A program made the translations under genes and the position numbers. This document shows, piece after piece, positions 9,017 to 18,127 of a stretch of 64,000 nt of DNA. The stretch lies in IMG/VR virus record IMGVR_UViG_2513237176_000002; one strand, given 5' to 3'. This DNA comes from a virus. Lineage: Duplodnaviria; Caudoviricetes. The notes under the pieces are model-generated. The model was not told the DNA's origin. It searched no databases and was given only the letters and a program-made list of their open reading frames with translations. Numbering within the stretch: the first letter of the stretch is position 1; the number at the start of each line of letters is the position of its first letter.

Positions 9017-10683
9017 TGTGGCTCGTCTCCGGCCTGGTGTTCCTAGCGAACCCGCTTATCGGCGCGGTGCTGCTGATGTCGGCGGCGATCACCACGAACA
9101 TTCGTGCCACGAAGGTCGACGCCGAGTACGCGAAACGCGGTGAACTGCCCCCGACGGCCCGCCTGGTCGACGCCTGGCTGAACCGGCAGAAAGCCGCCGG
9201 GAAGGCACCGGAATCGGCGAAGGTGCGCCCGTACGGGTCGCTGGCGTACGCCCGGCAGCGGTGGCTGGCGATGTGGGAAGACCTGGGGGAGAAGCACCGC
9301 GAGCAGCGCGCCGCCCACAAGAAGCAGCTTGCGGAGGCGAAGAAGAACGGCACCCCGCCGCCGAGCAAGCCGTCGTTGACGGAACAACTGGGCGGTTGGA
9401 AGTGGTCGATTCCCGGTCTGACCCGCCGGGACGAGCCCGGCAGTCCGCCGCCTTCCGCCGCGAGCGCTGACCCGGAGCCGGCTGTCGCCGACGGGCCGGT
9501 CAGCACCTGCGACGAATGCGGCGTCCAGCTGCCCGACGGTGGCTGGAAACACCCGCCCGGCTCGACCTGCCCGAAAGCCGCAAAACCGTCTGGCTCCTCC
9601 GACAGCAACACTGCCGCTCCGGCCGCGCCGGAGGATCCGCTGCTGCGGTTCCTGTCGGATGCGCAGGAAGCGGCACGCCGCAACCCGATGCCCTTCGACC
9701 GGTGCCCGCGCTGCGGCACGACTGCCACGATCACCCCGTCGGGCTGGTGCGAAAAGTGCACCATGCAGGTCCCGCACGGCATGTGCGAGCACTGCCAGGG
9801 CGTGGTCCGCCTCGACGGCACAGTGTGGCGGCACGGCGCCCACTGGCCGTGCCGGCACACCCGTCCCGCGGCCGGCGACACCATTGCCTGCACCAACTGC
9901 CGCACCCGGATCCCGGTGCACCCGGCGATCGCTGACATGGGGGCGTCAGTGCGATGCCAGCACTGTGGCGCCCAGGTCGCCGCCCGCCCACCCAGGCCCG
10001 CCTCTGCCCTGCAGCGCTGTCCTCGGTGCAGCAAATGCGACGGCCCGACCGTCCCGTCGATGAACCAGCTGCGCGGCGGCTTCTGCCCGCGCTGCGACAC
10101 CACCGATCTGCCGGCCGGCAGTGAACGTCACGGCAAATGCGACCGCTGTGGGCTGCCCGGCCGGCTTGTCGTCGCCCGCAAACGCAGCACGGAACTGCTC
10201 CACGACGCCAACGGGTCAACGATTTGCCCCTACGAGACGCCGCAGCTACGCGAACTGCGCCGCACCGATCCGGGCACGGCCCGCATCTACGACGAGATCG
10301 TCGCCAAGCACCTTCGCAACACCCCGGCCGTCGACACGCAGCAGACGGCCAAGACGCCCGTACCAGCCCGAGAAGAGGGAGCATCCATGCCCGAGCATTC
10401 CGGTGAAGTCACCGGCATCCCGTCCGCCGTCCACTACCTGCAGCAGATGGCCGCCGCGCACCGGCAGCACGCCGACAACGAGGCGATGATCGCCACCCTC
10501 GCGGGTTTCCACGTCGGTGCCACCGACCTGGCGCTGGTGCAGCAGGCCATTGCCGCCAGCAACAACGCGGCGGACCTGTACGCCGACGCCGCCACGACGA
10601 TCGACGACGGTAACGCCGCGGTTCGGCAGGGCTACGCGTCCGCGCCGGACGCCGCCGACAAGCACGCCCAGATGGCGGAGTGA
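9016..10683 (+). CDS. Membrane-anchored multi-zinc-ribbon protein with C-terminal ~98-aa helical domain
   Basis: TGATG overlap; N-terminal TM; about six Cys/His clusters; internal RBS+ATG at 10387. Confidence 0.7.
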   Translation: MWLVSGLVFLANPLIGAVLLMSAAITTNIRATKVDAEYAKRGELPPTARLVDAWLNRQKAAGKAPESAKVRPYGSLAYARQRWLAMWEDLGEKHREQRAAHKKQLAEAKKNGTPPPSKPSLTEQLGGWKWSIPGLTRRDEPGSPPPSAASADPEPAVADGPVSTCDECGVQLPDGGWKHPPGSTCPKAAKPSGSSDSNTAAPAAPEDPLLRFLSDAQEAARRNPMPFDRCPRCGTTATITPSGWCEKCTMQVPHGMCEHCQGVVRLDGTVWRHGAHWPCRHTRPAAGDTIACTNCRTRIPVHPAIADMGASVRCQHCGAQVAARPPRPASALQRCPRCSKCDGPTVPSMNQLRGGFCPRCDTTDLPAGSERHGKCDRCGLPGRLVVARKRSTELLHDANGSTICPYETPQLRELRRTDPGTARIYDEIVAKHLRNTPAVDTQQTAKTPVPAREEGASMPEHSGEVTGIPSAVHYLQQMAAAHRQHADNEAMIATLAGFHVGATDLALVQQAIAASNNAADLYADAATTIDDGNAAVRQGYASAPDAADKHAQMAE

Positions 10684-11027
10684 ACGCCGTGACCGAGGAG
10701 AACACCGTGACCGTTCAGCAGTCCGCTGCGGGCGCCCGGCCCGCCAGTGAGATCACCGGGATCCGCTCTGCGGTGACCCGCATGGAGCAGATCGCCGCGC
10801 AGCATCAGACGCTCGGCTCTGGCGAAGGGTTCATCGGTTCCCTGAGCCGCATGGAGGTCGGCGACGACCACCAGCAGAAGGTCCGGGACGCGCAGGAAGC
10901 GTCCGGTGCCGCCGGCGCCGCCTGGGCGGAGGCGGCGGCACAGATTGCCGCGCACAACCTGCCCCTGCACGAGGCGTACCTGAACAACCCGAACGCGGCG
11001 AACAAGCACGCCAACACCAACGAGTAA
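10680..11027 (+). CDS. Small helical protein paralogous to the C-terminal domain of the upstream gene
   Basis: SEITGIRSAV...EVG...AYLNNPNAANKHA aligns with GEVTGIPSAV...HVG...GYASAPDAADKHA. Confidence 0.75.
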   Translation: MNAVTEENTVTVQQSAAGARPASEITGIRSAVTRMEQIAAQHQTLGSGEGFIGSLSRMEVGDDHQQKVRDAQEASGAAGAAWAEAAAQIAAHNLPLHEAYLNNPNAANKHANTNE

Positions 11028-11085
11028 CCAGGTTGGCCCCGCCCACCATGGGCGGGGCCCCGAGATCTGAGGAACGGAGGCAGCG

Positions 11086-13176
11086 ATGCCGACCCAGCAG
11101 AAACCGCAGCAGCCGGCCCGGCAGGCTGCCCCGCTCACCACCCGCGAGAAGATCGAACGTGCCCGGCTGCACGCGCAGACGGCACGCCGCCACGCGCAGA
11201 CCGCGCACAGGTACACGGCCGGGGTGCAGAAGCAGGTCGCCCCGTTTGCCGGCATGGGCCTGCTCGTGCTCGCCGCGACGGCCCTGCACGCGGCGAAGGA
11301 CGCCACCGCCGCCGACGCGGAGATCCTCGGCGGCACGGCCGCCGCCTGTGTGGTCATCGCCGTGGTCGCCGCACACCAGATGCGCCGGCGCCTCGACGAC
11401 CGCAAGAGCCTGCACCGCGGCCTGGCGTTCGTCACCACCTGCGGGGTGTGGCTGATCACTACCACCGCCATCGGCGTGTCCTGGAACGCGGTCGGGTTGC
11501 TCGCCGCCATTGGCACCGCTCTTTCCCTGCACTACCTGCGCAAGGTGCGGATTCCCAACCGCGGCCCGGTGATGCCTGCCCCGCTGCCGGACCCGCTGAA
11601 GCCCGGCGTCAACCGGTACGTGGCCCGCTGGGACGAATACATCGGTTGCCCCGGCGGACAACTGCCCGGCTCGAAATTGGAGTCGCCGGAGCAGGTGAAA
11701 GCCGGGTGGCGGTTCGCGCTGCGGCTGGTCCCCGGCAAGCAGTCCATCGCCGCGCTCATGTCGGCGATGGTGCTGATCCGCGGCGGCCTCGGCCTGACCG
11801 TCGAGCAGGACGTCATCGCCGAACGCCACCCTGTTCTTGAGGAACCCGCCGTCCAGCTGACCGTGGTCACGAAGCCGCAGGTCCGCGACGACCAGGAATG
11901 GCCGGGCCCGCAGACGTTCCGGGACGGCTACGTCGACATGGGCCCGTTCATCGACGGTGAGGGCCACGCCCGGTGGAAGGTGTACACCAAGGACCGCATG
12001 GTCGGCGGTTACATCCAGGGCGGTGCCGGCGCCGGTAAGTCCCGCCTCATCGAGTCGATCGTGATGCCTATCGCCGACTCGCAGACCCATCCGACGGTGG
12101 TGTGGTACGGCGACGGGCAGGGTGGTTCGTCGTCGCCGACACTGATGCGCTGCGCCGATTTCTCGGCACGCACCCACGAGCAGATCAAGCAGATGTTTGC
12201 GTGCGCCATGTTGATCGTCGAGCTGCGCCAGGACGAAAACAGCGTGGAGGACGACCCGGACGAGGACGGCGAGTACGACGACACGATCGGGTTCGAACCC
12301 ACCGCTGACCGACCTGGACTGCTACTCATCCTGGATGAGTGCCACAAACCCATGTCGAAGATCGAGAACGCTGAAGACTGGGTGGTCATCCAGTACATGG
12401 CGATGACCGTGGCCCGCGAAGGACAGAAGGTTGGTGTCCAAGCGATCCTCGCGTCCCAGGAGTCCACGCTCGGCGCGTTCGGTGGGGCCGGCAACAACGC
12501 GGAGATGCTGCGTTCCAACCTGCTCATGGGCAACGGTGTGATGATGCGGTCGAAGGACGCGAACGCCCGCCAGGTGTTCAAGGTCGACGACGATCCGTCG
12601 CAGTTCCCGGTGATGCCCGGCTACGCCCTGCTCATCGACCCAGAGGAAGGTGCCCGCACCGCCCCGTTCCGGGCCTACTTCCTCACCGACCGGCTCCGCA
12701 AAGAATGGCCGTCGAAGATCCGATGGCGGTCGCTGCCCGACGGCGACGCCAATACCGCCGGGATGGCCTATCTGATGCGGCACCAGCTCGCGGAGATGGC
12801 GAAGGAGGAAACCCGCCGCCGGATCAAAGAGCGCCGGGAAGGCCGCGGCATGACCAACCCCCTCGACCGGATCTTCGCGGCGGCGAAGGGTGGCGACGGC
12901 GCCGAACAGGTCACGCCGATCGAGGCGGAGCAGGTGGCGTCATTCCCGGTATGGAACCCGGTCACCGAGCAGGTCCAGGCGCGGCAGATGCATGACAGTC
13001 ACCGCAAGGTGCTGGACGCGCTGAAGGTTGGCATCTGCTCGCCGAAGCCGATCGCGGAAGCCACCGGCATTGGGCAGCGGCAGGTCCACAACCTGCTGGA
13101 CGAGTTGATGGACGAGTTCGGCCGGGTGGAACGTGACGGGCACGGCAAGTACCGGCTGGTGTCCACCGATGCGTGA
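11086..13176 (+). CDS. traB: FtsK/SpoIIIE-family DNA translocase, TraB-like
   Basis: N-terminal TMs, Walker A GGAGAGKS, Walker B LLILDE, AREGQKVG..ILASQ, C-terminal wHTH. Confidence 0.8.
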   Translation: MPTQQKPQQPARQAAPLTTREKIERARLHAQTARRHAQTAHRYTAGVQKQVAPFAGMGLLVLAATALHAAKDATAADAEILGGTAAACVVIAVVAAHQMRRRLDDRKSLHRGLAFVTTCGVWLITTTAIGVSWNAVGLLAAIGTALSLHYLRKVRIPNRGPVMPAPLPDPLKPGVNRYVARWDEYIGCPGGQLPGSKLESPEQVKAGWRFALRLVPGKQSIAALMSAMVLIRGGLGLTVEQDVIAERHPVLEEPAVQLTVVTKPQVRDDQEWPGPQTFRDGYVDMGPFIDGEGHARWKVYTKDRMVGGYIQGGAGAGKSRLIESIVMPIADSQTHPTVVWYGDGQGGSSSPTLMRCADFSARTHEQIKQMFACAMLIVELRQDENSVEDDPDEDGEYDDTIGFEPTADRPGLLLILDECHKPMSKIENAEDWVVIQYMAMTVAREGQKVGVQAILASQESTLGAFGGAGNNAEMLRSNLLMGNGVMMRSKDANARQVFKVDDDPSQFPVMPGYALLIDPEEGARTAPFRAYFLTDRLRKEWPSKIRWRSLPDGDANTAGMAYLMRHQLAEMAKEETRRRIKERREGRGMTNPLDRIFAAAKGGDGAEQVTPIEAEQVASFPVWNPVTEQVQARQMHDSHRKVLDALKVGICSPKPIAEATGIGQRQVHNLLDELMDEFGRVERDGHGKYRLVSTDA

Positions 13177-13177
13177 G

Positions 13178-13429
13178 CTAGTCCTTGATCTCGCGGGCCA
13201 AGTAGACGATCCCGGACCGTTCGGGTTCCTCGGTGGAGATCTCGTACTGGTACACGTCGACAAGCATGAGGATGCGGCAGTTCCGTTTCTCGAAGAAGCC
13301 CACCTTGCGATCAATGAACTTGTCCCACACCTCGACTCGCACACCTGGCCGCGGTTCGAACGGCAGCTTGATGCTGTCGAGCAGCACCTTCTGGTGGTTG
13401 TCGGCGTCGATGAACTTCACCGTGACCAT
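13178..13429 (-). CDS. Hypothetical protein (83 aa), lower GC
   Basis: Fills the gap between traB and the hydrolase; globular composition. Confidence 0.6.
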   Translation of the reverse strand: MVTVKFIDADNHQKVLLDSIKLPFEPRPGVRVEVWDKFIDRKVGFFEKRNCRILMLVDVYQYEISTEEPERSGIVYLAREIKD

Positions 13430-13488
13430 GCGCGCAGTGTAAGCACACTTGCACGCTGCGGCGAACCTGAAGGGGTGAGCGCGCAGTG

Positions 13489-14301
13489 ATGGGGAAGTCG
13501 CATGCTCTGTCCGGCGCCGTCGGTTGGCTCGCCGGCAGCGCCGCGCTGACCGTAGCCGGGGTGTCCCTCGACCCGGCCACCGTGCTGTTCGGTGCCGCGA
13601 TCTCCACCGGGTTCGCCCTCGCGCCGGACGTTGACCATCCGCAGTCCACGATCGCGCACACCCTCGGCTGGGCCACCCGCGGTCTCGCCACCGGAGTCAG
13701 CCGCAGCGCCGCCGCCCTGCGCACCGCGTCCTGCGCGCACTGCTCCACCGTCCCCGACCGGGGCGGGCACCGGGCTGTCACGCACACTGCTGCCGGTGCC
13801 GCGTTCGCCGGCTTGGTCGCCGCGAACCTGTGCCTGTGGGTCGGCCGGGGTGCCGCCCTGTGGGTCATCGCGATCGCCGTGTGGCTGGCCGCCCACTCCG
13901 CGCTGTCGTCGAGGACGCGGGCGCGGATCGGTGACATGATCCTGCCCGGCCGGTTCCGGCGTCTCGGCAAAGGAGCCCACCGCCTCGCCGCCGCTGTCGG
14001 GGCGGTGATGGTGGCCGGGCTGGTCGCCGCGATGGCGAACAGCGCGCTTCCCGCTGACGGCCTGTGGTGGATCGGCCTCGCCGTGTTCTGGGGCTGGCTC
14101 GCCCATATCCTCGGCGACGGCCTCACGTTCTCGGCAGTCCCGCTGTGGTGGCCGATCCCGATCCGGGGCTGCCGGTGGACGAACGTCGGCACCCCGAGGT
14201 GGATGCGATTCCGCACCGGCTCCCGCACCGAAACCGGTGTGGTGTGGCTGATGCTGCTCATCGGTGCCGGCTCGATCGCACTGCTCGGGAGCGCCTGGTG
14301 A
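13489..14301 (+). CDS. YdjM-like membrane-bound metal-dependent hydrolase
   Basis: MGKSH, PDVDHPQSTI, HRAVTHT, AHILGDGLT motifs. Confidence 0.9.
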   Translation: MGKSHALSGAVGWLAGSAALTVAGVSLDPATVLFGAAISTGFALAPDVDHPQSTIAHTLGWATRGLATGVSRSAAALRTASCAHCSTVPDRGGHRAVTHTAAGAAFAGLVAANLCLWVGRGAALWVIAIAVWLAAHSALSSRTRARIGDMILPGRFRRLGKGAHRLAAAVGAVMVAGLVAAMANSALPADGLWWIGLAVFWGWLAHILGDGLTFSAVPLWWPIPIRGCRWTNVGTPRWMRFRTGSRTETGVVWLMLLIGAGSIALLGSAW

Positions 14302-14585
14302 CCCGGACGCCCGATGACCATCCGGCCTGGTGCCTACGTGACGAGGTCGACGCGATCCTGCCCCGGCACCGTTCGGCGATTGTGCGGGTCGGCAGTGCCC
14401 GGCCCGGTGTGCTGTCCGATCGGGTTCAGGTCACCGTCCGGTTGACCGCGACCGCTCACGGCCCGGCCTGGGTGTCCGTGAACTGCGCCCACATGACCGG
14501 GGTGACCGTGGATATCAGCCTCGCCGATGCGGCGGCGCTGAGGGACGGACTGACTCGGCTTCTCCAGGCCGCCGAGCACAAGTAG
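14298..14585 (+). CDS. Small hypothetical protein (HPAWC...HRS), AICE-type
   Basis: GTGA overlap; HPxWC...HxS motif. Confidence 0.6.
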   Translation: MTRTPDDHPAWCLRDEVDAILPRHRSAIVRVGSARPGVLSDRVQVTVRLTATAHGPAWVSVNCAHMTGVTVDISLADAAALRDGLTRLLQAAEHK

Positions 14586-14614
14586 CTGTATGACTGATCG
14601 GTGAGGGCGGTCAG

Positions 14615-14971
14615 ATGAAAACCCTTTTCAATGTCATGTTTCGTCATGGGAGGTCTGGCCGCAGCATCACCCGCTATATCAGTCCAGGTGAGTTGCCGGA
14701 AGCGGGTGAGCGAGTCGAACTGAAGGACTCGGCAAATGACCCCTGTGTGATCGCTGGGGTGGTGGCGGCTCGCCATTGGTTCGTCAATATCGGCGTTGAT
14801 AACACGGCGGAAGTTGTGGTGCTGGTTGACGTCGATATTGACGAACGCAAAGAGAGCCCCACCTCGTGGCCGCCTAGTAAGGCGGTGACACGAGGTGGGG
14901 CTCTTGTGCGTCGGGTGGCGGCAAATGTGACTTCGCCAGGGCATGCCACCCGACACGATCTTGGAGAGTAG
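14615..14971 (+). CDS. Hypothetical protein, lower GC
   Basis: ORF converging on the holin. Confidence 0.5.
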   Translation: MKTLFNVMFRHGRSGRSITRYISPGELPEAGERVELKDSANDPCVIAGVVAARHWFVNIGVDNTAEVVVLVDVDIDERKESPTSWPPSKAVTRGGALVRRVAANVTSPGHATRHDLGE

Positions 14972-14981
14972 GACAGGCGCG

Positions 14982-15344
14982 CTACCTGACGGTGGCGCGG
15001 CGGTCCTTCACGCCGGAGTTGATCGCGGCGCGTTGCACGGCGGTGTCGCGGAGCAAGCCGAAGTAGACCGCGACGGCGATGCCGAAGTTCACGGCGATGC
15101 CGTAGCCGACCTGCCACGCGTCGAACGACTCCCCGGTCTGGGTGGCGCCGAGCGCGGCCTCGAGGAACGCCTTCACCGCGGACAACGCCAGGAGGACGAG
15201 GCCTTTGGTGAACGCCGACCAGGACGACTTCATGAGCAGGCCGGCGAGCAGCGGCAGGATCACCGTCAGCGCGAGGGAAAGCAGCCCGGCGGGGGAGGCC
15301 TCGAACAGGTAGGTGGGCAGGGTGGGGAAGACGATCGAGTCCAT
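14982..15344 (-). CDS. Putative holin
   Basis: 3 TM, ILPLLAGLLMKSSW...KGLVLLALS pattern of actinophage holins, basic C-terminus, AGGAG RBS. Confidence 0.7.
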   Translation of the reverse strand: MDSIVFPTLPTYLFEASPAGLLSLALTVILPLLAGLLMKSSWSAFTKGLVLLALSAVKAFLEAALGATQTGESFDAWQVGYGIAVNFGIAVAVYFGLLRDTAVQRAAINSGVKDRRATVR

Positions 15345-15372
15345 GGGTGTCTCCTGCGGGGTGAGGGTGTGC

Positions 15373-15394
15373 GGAACTACAGGCCTGTAGTTCC
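15373..15394. promoter_or_regulatory. Perfect 22-bp palindrome
   Basis: GGAACTACAGG|CCTGTAGTTCC between divergent genes. Confidence 0.6.
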
Positions 15395-15439
15395 TGGTCA
15401 GGGGGTGCGCCCGCAGGGTGGCGGGCTTAGCGTCGATGG

Positions 15440-15646
15440 ATGGCCGAGCGGATCATCGGGGCGATGCGGACAGCCGACGGCTACTGGCGGGTTGAGGTCG
15501 TCAAAGAGGGCCGCGGTCAGTGGTTCCGGGTGTGGCACGGCGCGACCGTGGTCCATGACAGAGCCGGGATCAGCACGGTGCAGCGGATCCTGGGCGACAC
15601 TTTCGACACGCTCCAGCCTGTGGAGATCGAGTCCGGCGCGGCCTGA
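15440..15646 (+). CDS. Hypothetical protein (68 aa)
   Basis: Globular beta-rich composition. Confidence 0.6.
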   Translation: MAERIIGAMRTADGYWRVEVVKEGRGQWFRVWHGATVVHDRAGISTVQRILGDTFDTLQPVEIESGAA

Positions 15647-15857
15647 CCGCATGCCTCTGGGCGAGCATCGAAACGGGCCGCCTAGCAGCCACGTTGATCA
15701 ATTCGCCGTGAGATAATCAAGGGGCACAAAAGGCGAGCCCGGACGCGGAGCTACCAACTCCGGCCGGGCTCTTGATCGCCGCTAGGAGGCGACCCACGAT
15801 GCACCCTATTCTGCCATGCCCTGAGAACGTCTGTGCGATCAACGGGCAGGTGTTCGC

Positions 15858-16676
15858 ATGAAGGTAATCCGCGTCATGCCCGACGAGGGATGGGTGCCGG
15901 TCGCCAATGCCGCCGCCCGAGACCACCGTCTGAGTTGGCGCGCGCGGGGCCTGCTGCTTGAACTGCTCTCGTACCCCGACGGCTGGGAGACCAGTGTTGA
16001 CAAGCTGGTAGCGCAGGCACGCCGCGAAGGATCGGCCAGTGAAGGCCGACTCGCCATGCGTACCGCCATGAAAGAACTCGCCGACCTCGGATACGTCACC
16101 TACCGGCGCGGCCACGACGAGCACGGCAGGTGGACGACGGAGATGGTCGTCAGCGATGTACCCGGCAGCCCCGAAGCCTCGGACCGACGTACCAAAAACC
16201 GGAACGTCGGAATTCCGGAACCTCGGCTGCCCGGAACGTCGGAGAACCAGACGTCGGAGGATTGGTCCGTTACTAATAAGACGTACACGGACACGGTCAC
16301 GAATACGGATCTTCAAAGAGGTTCCAACGAACATTCCACGTCGCTCGCTTCGCTCGCTGCCGCCGCTGACGCGGCGACGCGAATGAACGACCAGAAGCCG
16401 ACGTTGGACGAGACGTATGCACTCGTCGACCGCATGCCGAAAGAGGTGCTGGCGAAAGCTTTGCTCGACCTCGAACGCCGCCGGGCAAGGATCTACCGAG
16501 AGGCGCGACGAGGAGCGATCGGCCAGTTCAAGCGGGAAAGTCCCGGAGTCTTCCGGGAAGGAAACTCATATGCGCGAGTCGACAACCTCAGCTACAAGTA
16601 CGCCGTGCAGCACTACTTCCCGGACCTGCCGACGTGGATGGAGAAACCGCTCGGCTTGTTGCCGGTGAGGGGTTGA
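15858..16676 (+). CDS. Phage-type wHTH replication initiator-like protein
   Basis: VANAAARDHRLSWRARGLLLELLSYPDGW...MKELADLGYV; internal iteron-like repeats. Confidence 0.7.
   Translation: MKVIRVMPDEGWVPVANAAARDHRLSWRARGLLLELLSYPDGWETSVDKLVAQARREGSASEGRLAMRTAMKELADLGYVTYRRGHDEHGRWTTEMVVSDVPGSPEASDRRTKNRNVGIPEPRLPGTSENQTSEDWSVTNKTYTDTVTNTDLQRGSNEHSTSLASLAAAADAATRMNDQKPTLDETYALVDRMPKEVLAKALLDLERRRARIYREARRGAIGQFKRESPGVFREGNSYARVDNLSYKYAVQHYFPDLPTWMEKPLGLLPVRG
16199..16259 (+). repeat. Four iteron-like repeats, 16-bp period
   Basis: CCGGAACGTCGGA 16199, CCGGAACCTCGG 16215, CCGGAACGTCGGA 16231, CCAGACGTCGGA 16247. Confidence 0.7.
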
Positions 16677-16710
16677 AGTTCAAAGGGGCACCGACGGCTA
16701 ACCTGCGGTC

Positions 16711-16950
16711 ATGAGCGTGGAGCGCATCGCCCTCGAACGGCTCGGCCCCGTCACCTGGGATCGGTGTTGGCGGCGCGGCACGGCGGAGATCCGGCTCGGC
16801 CAGGCCGAGGATGGGCGCTGGGTGGCCTGGCATTCGGAGAAACCGGAGGCCCGACTGTACGGGGACCCGCGCAGCGCGTGCGAGCTGATCGACGGCTGGA
16901 TGCTGCGCGGCGAACCATGGACTGAGGTGGCCGCTACCGTCGAAGCGTGA
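16711..16950 (+). CDS. Hypothetical protein (79 aa)
   Basis: GTGA overlap with next gene. Confidence 0.6.
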   Translation: MSVERIALERLGPVTWDRCWRRGTAEIRLGQAEDGRWVAWHSEKPEARLYGDPRSACELIDGWMLRGEPWTEVAATVEA

Positions 16951-17168
16951 ACAGCCCGCAGGTCACCGTGTCGCCGGCGCACAACCGGGGGCAGCCCAGC
17001 ATGCGCGGCGTCACCACCGGGCTGATCGCGGACGCGTACTGGCTCGGCGAGAACGTTGCAGACGAGTACGGGCTCCGCCGGCACGAGCTCCTAGTCGCGC
17101 TGTGGTTTGAGGCTTCGCAGGGCCAGCAGCGGTTCCGGCAGAATGAGCCCCGGCTATGGCCGATGTAG
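16947..17168 (+). CDS. DUF433-like small protein
   Basis: VTVSP...GQPSMRGV...GENVADEYGL...VALWFE resembles DUF433. Confidence 0.5.
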   Translation: MNSPQVTVSPAHNRGQPSMRGVTTGLIADAYWLGENVADEYGLRRHELLVALWFEASQGQQRFRQNEPRLWPM

Positions 17169-17690
17169 CCAGGCGCGGATAAGAACTCTCACGTCCGCGG
17201 CCCGATCCTTGGCAAATACCCAGAACGGAACCGGCTCGAATCTTTCCTGGCCCGACGTTTCGATCCAGTGCATGCCTGGGATGCGGCGTAGTCGCCGCCG
17301 CGCCTTGGTGAGAAGTTGCACGGTCACCACGGCCGTTGCGAAGTACGCAATCAGGGTTAGCCCTGCAAGGAAGATGCTCCAGGCGGAGTCTTCCGTGATC
17401 CCGGTGGTCAATAGCACTGCGGCCAGCGCAACGAGGGTCGTGGACGCCAGGGCAGCCGAGATGCGGAGTTCTTTGTGCGTCAAGTGCCGGTCGGGAATAC
17501 GCCCGACGTAGACCGTGAACAGAGTCGTACAGGCCATGGCGATCAGCCATGTGATCGCGACCGGAGTCCGTGGCACCAGGCCCAGCATCACAGCCCCGCT
17601 TACGATGACGGCGGTGGCGATGAGGTTGGCGGCGACGTTGATGCTGACGTCTCTGGGGAGACGCGACCGTGTCGAGTCTGTGAATCCCAT
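17154..17690 (-). CDS. 4-TM membrane protein (moron)
   Basis: Four hydrophobic segments, lower GC. Confidence 0.6.
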   Translation of the reverse strand: MGFTDSTRSRLPRDVSINVAANLIATAVIVSGAVMLGLVPRTPVAITWLIAMACTTLFTVYVGRIPDRHLTHKELRISAALASTTLVALAAVLLTTGITEDSAWSIFLAGLTLIAYFATAVVTVQLLTKARRRLRRIPGMHWIETSGQERFEPVPFWVFAKDRAADVRVLIRAWLHRP

Positions 17691-17742
17691 GTCTGCGATG
17701 GTGGGGTGCCACCGCAAGGCGGATCCCTCGATCGTGGCTGGC

Positions 17743-17943
17743 TCAGCTGCCGTCTTGCCCCGGCCGCCGTTCTTTGATCCACCTTTCGACGTCTGCAGCC
17801 AGCCACACTTTGCCCTGGCCGAGCTCGGCGACGGGCGCGGGGAACTTCGGGTGGCTGGTGAGGGCGTAGACGCGCTGCCGGCTGATGTTGCCGAGTCGGG
17901 CGCGGATCTCGTGGGCGCCCATCAGCTTGAGCCTAGATGTCAT
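17743..17943 (-). CDS. AlpA-family DNA-binding protein
   Basis: LMGAHEIRARLGNISRQRVY...FPAP...GKVWLAADVERW; TATGCT -10 just upstream (leaderless). Confidence 0.85.
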   Translation of the reverse strand: MTSRLKLMGAHEIRARLGNISRQRVYALTSHPKFPAPVAELGQGKVWLAADVERWIKERRPGQDGS

Positions 17944-18127
17944 GAGACCAGCATAGGCATCAGTCAAGAGACATGGCGGTTGCCGATCCGAACCCACGGC
18001 TGGCGCCCATCCCCGAAGGCACATTCTCGCGGGAAGCTGGGTTGACGGACCGCATCTCTTCCAACCGAGCTGCTGACCAAACACACTAGCTGGTGTGGCA
18101 GGCCTGCCGAGCGGGGAAGGTGCAGAG

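Larger units (their letters stand above)
3608..14971. mobile_element. AICE/plasmid-like replication + TraB transfer module (boundaries uncertain)
   Basis: Helicase with iterons, divergent XRE, Spd-like and FtsK/TraB genes. Confidence 0.7.

Noticed and set aside
15373-15394. Palindrome as a protelomerase (telRL) site
   Set aside because: No protelomerase in the window and no extended flanking inverted repeat
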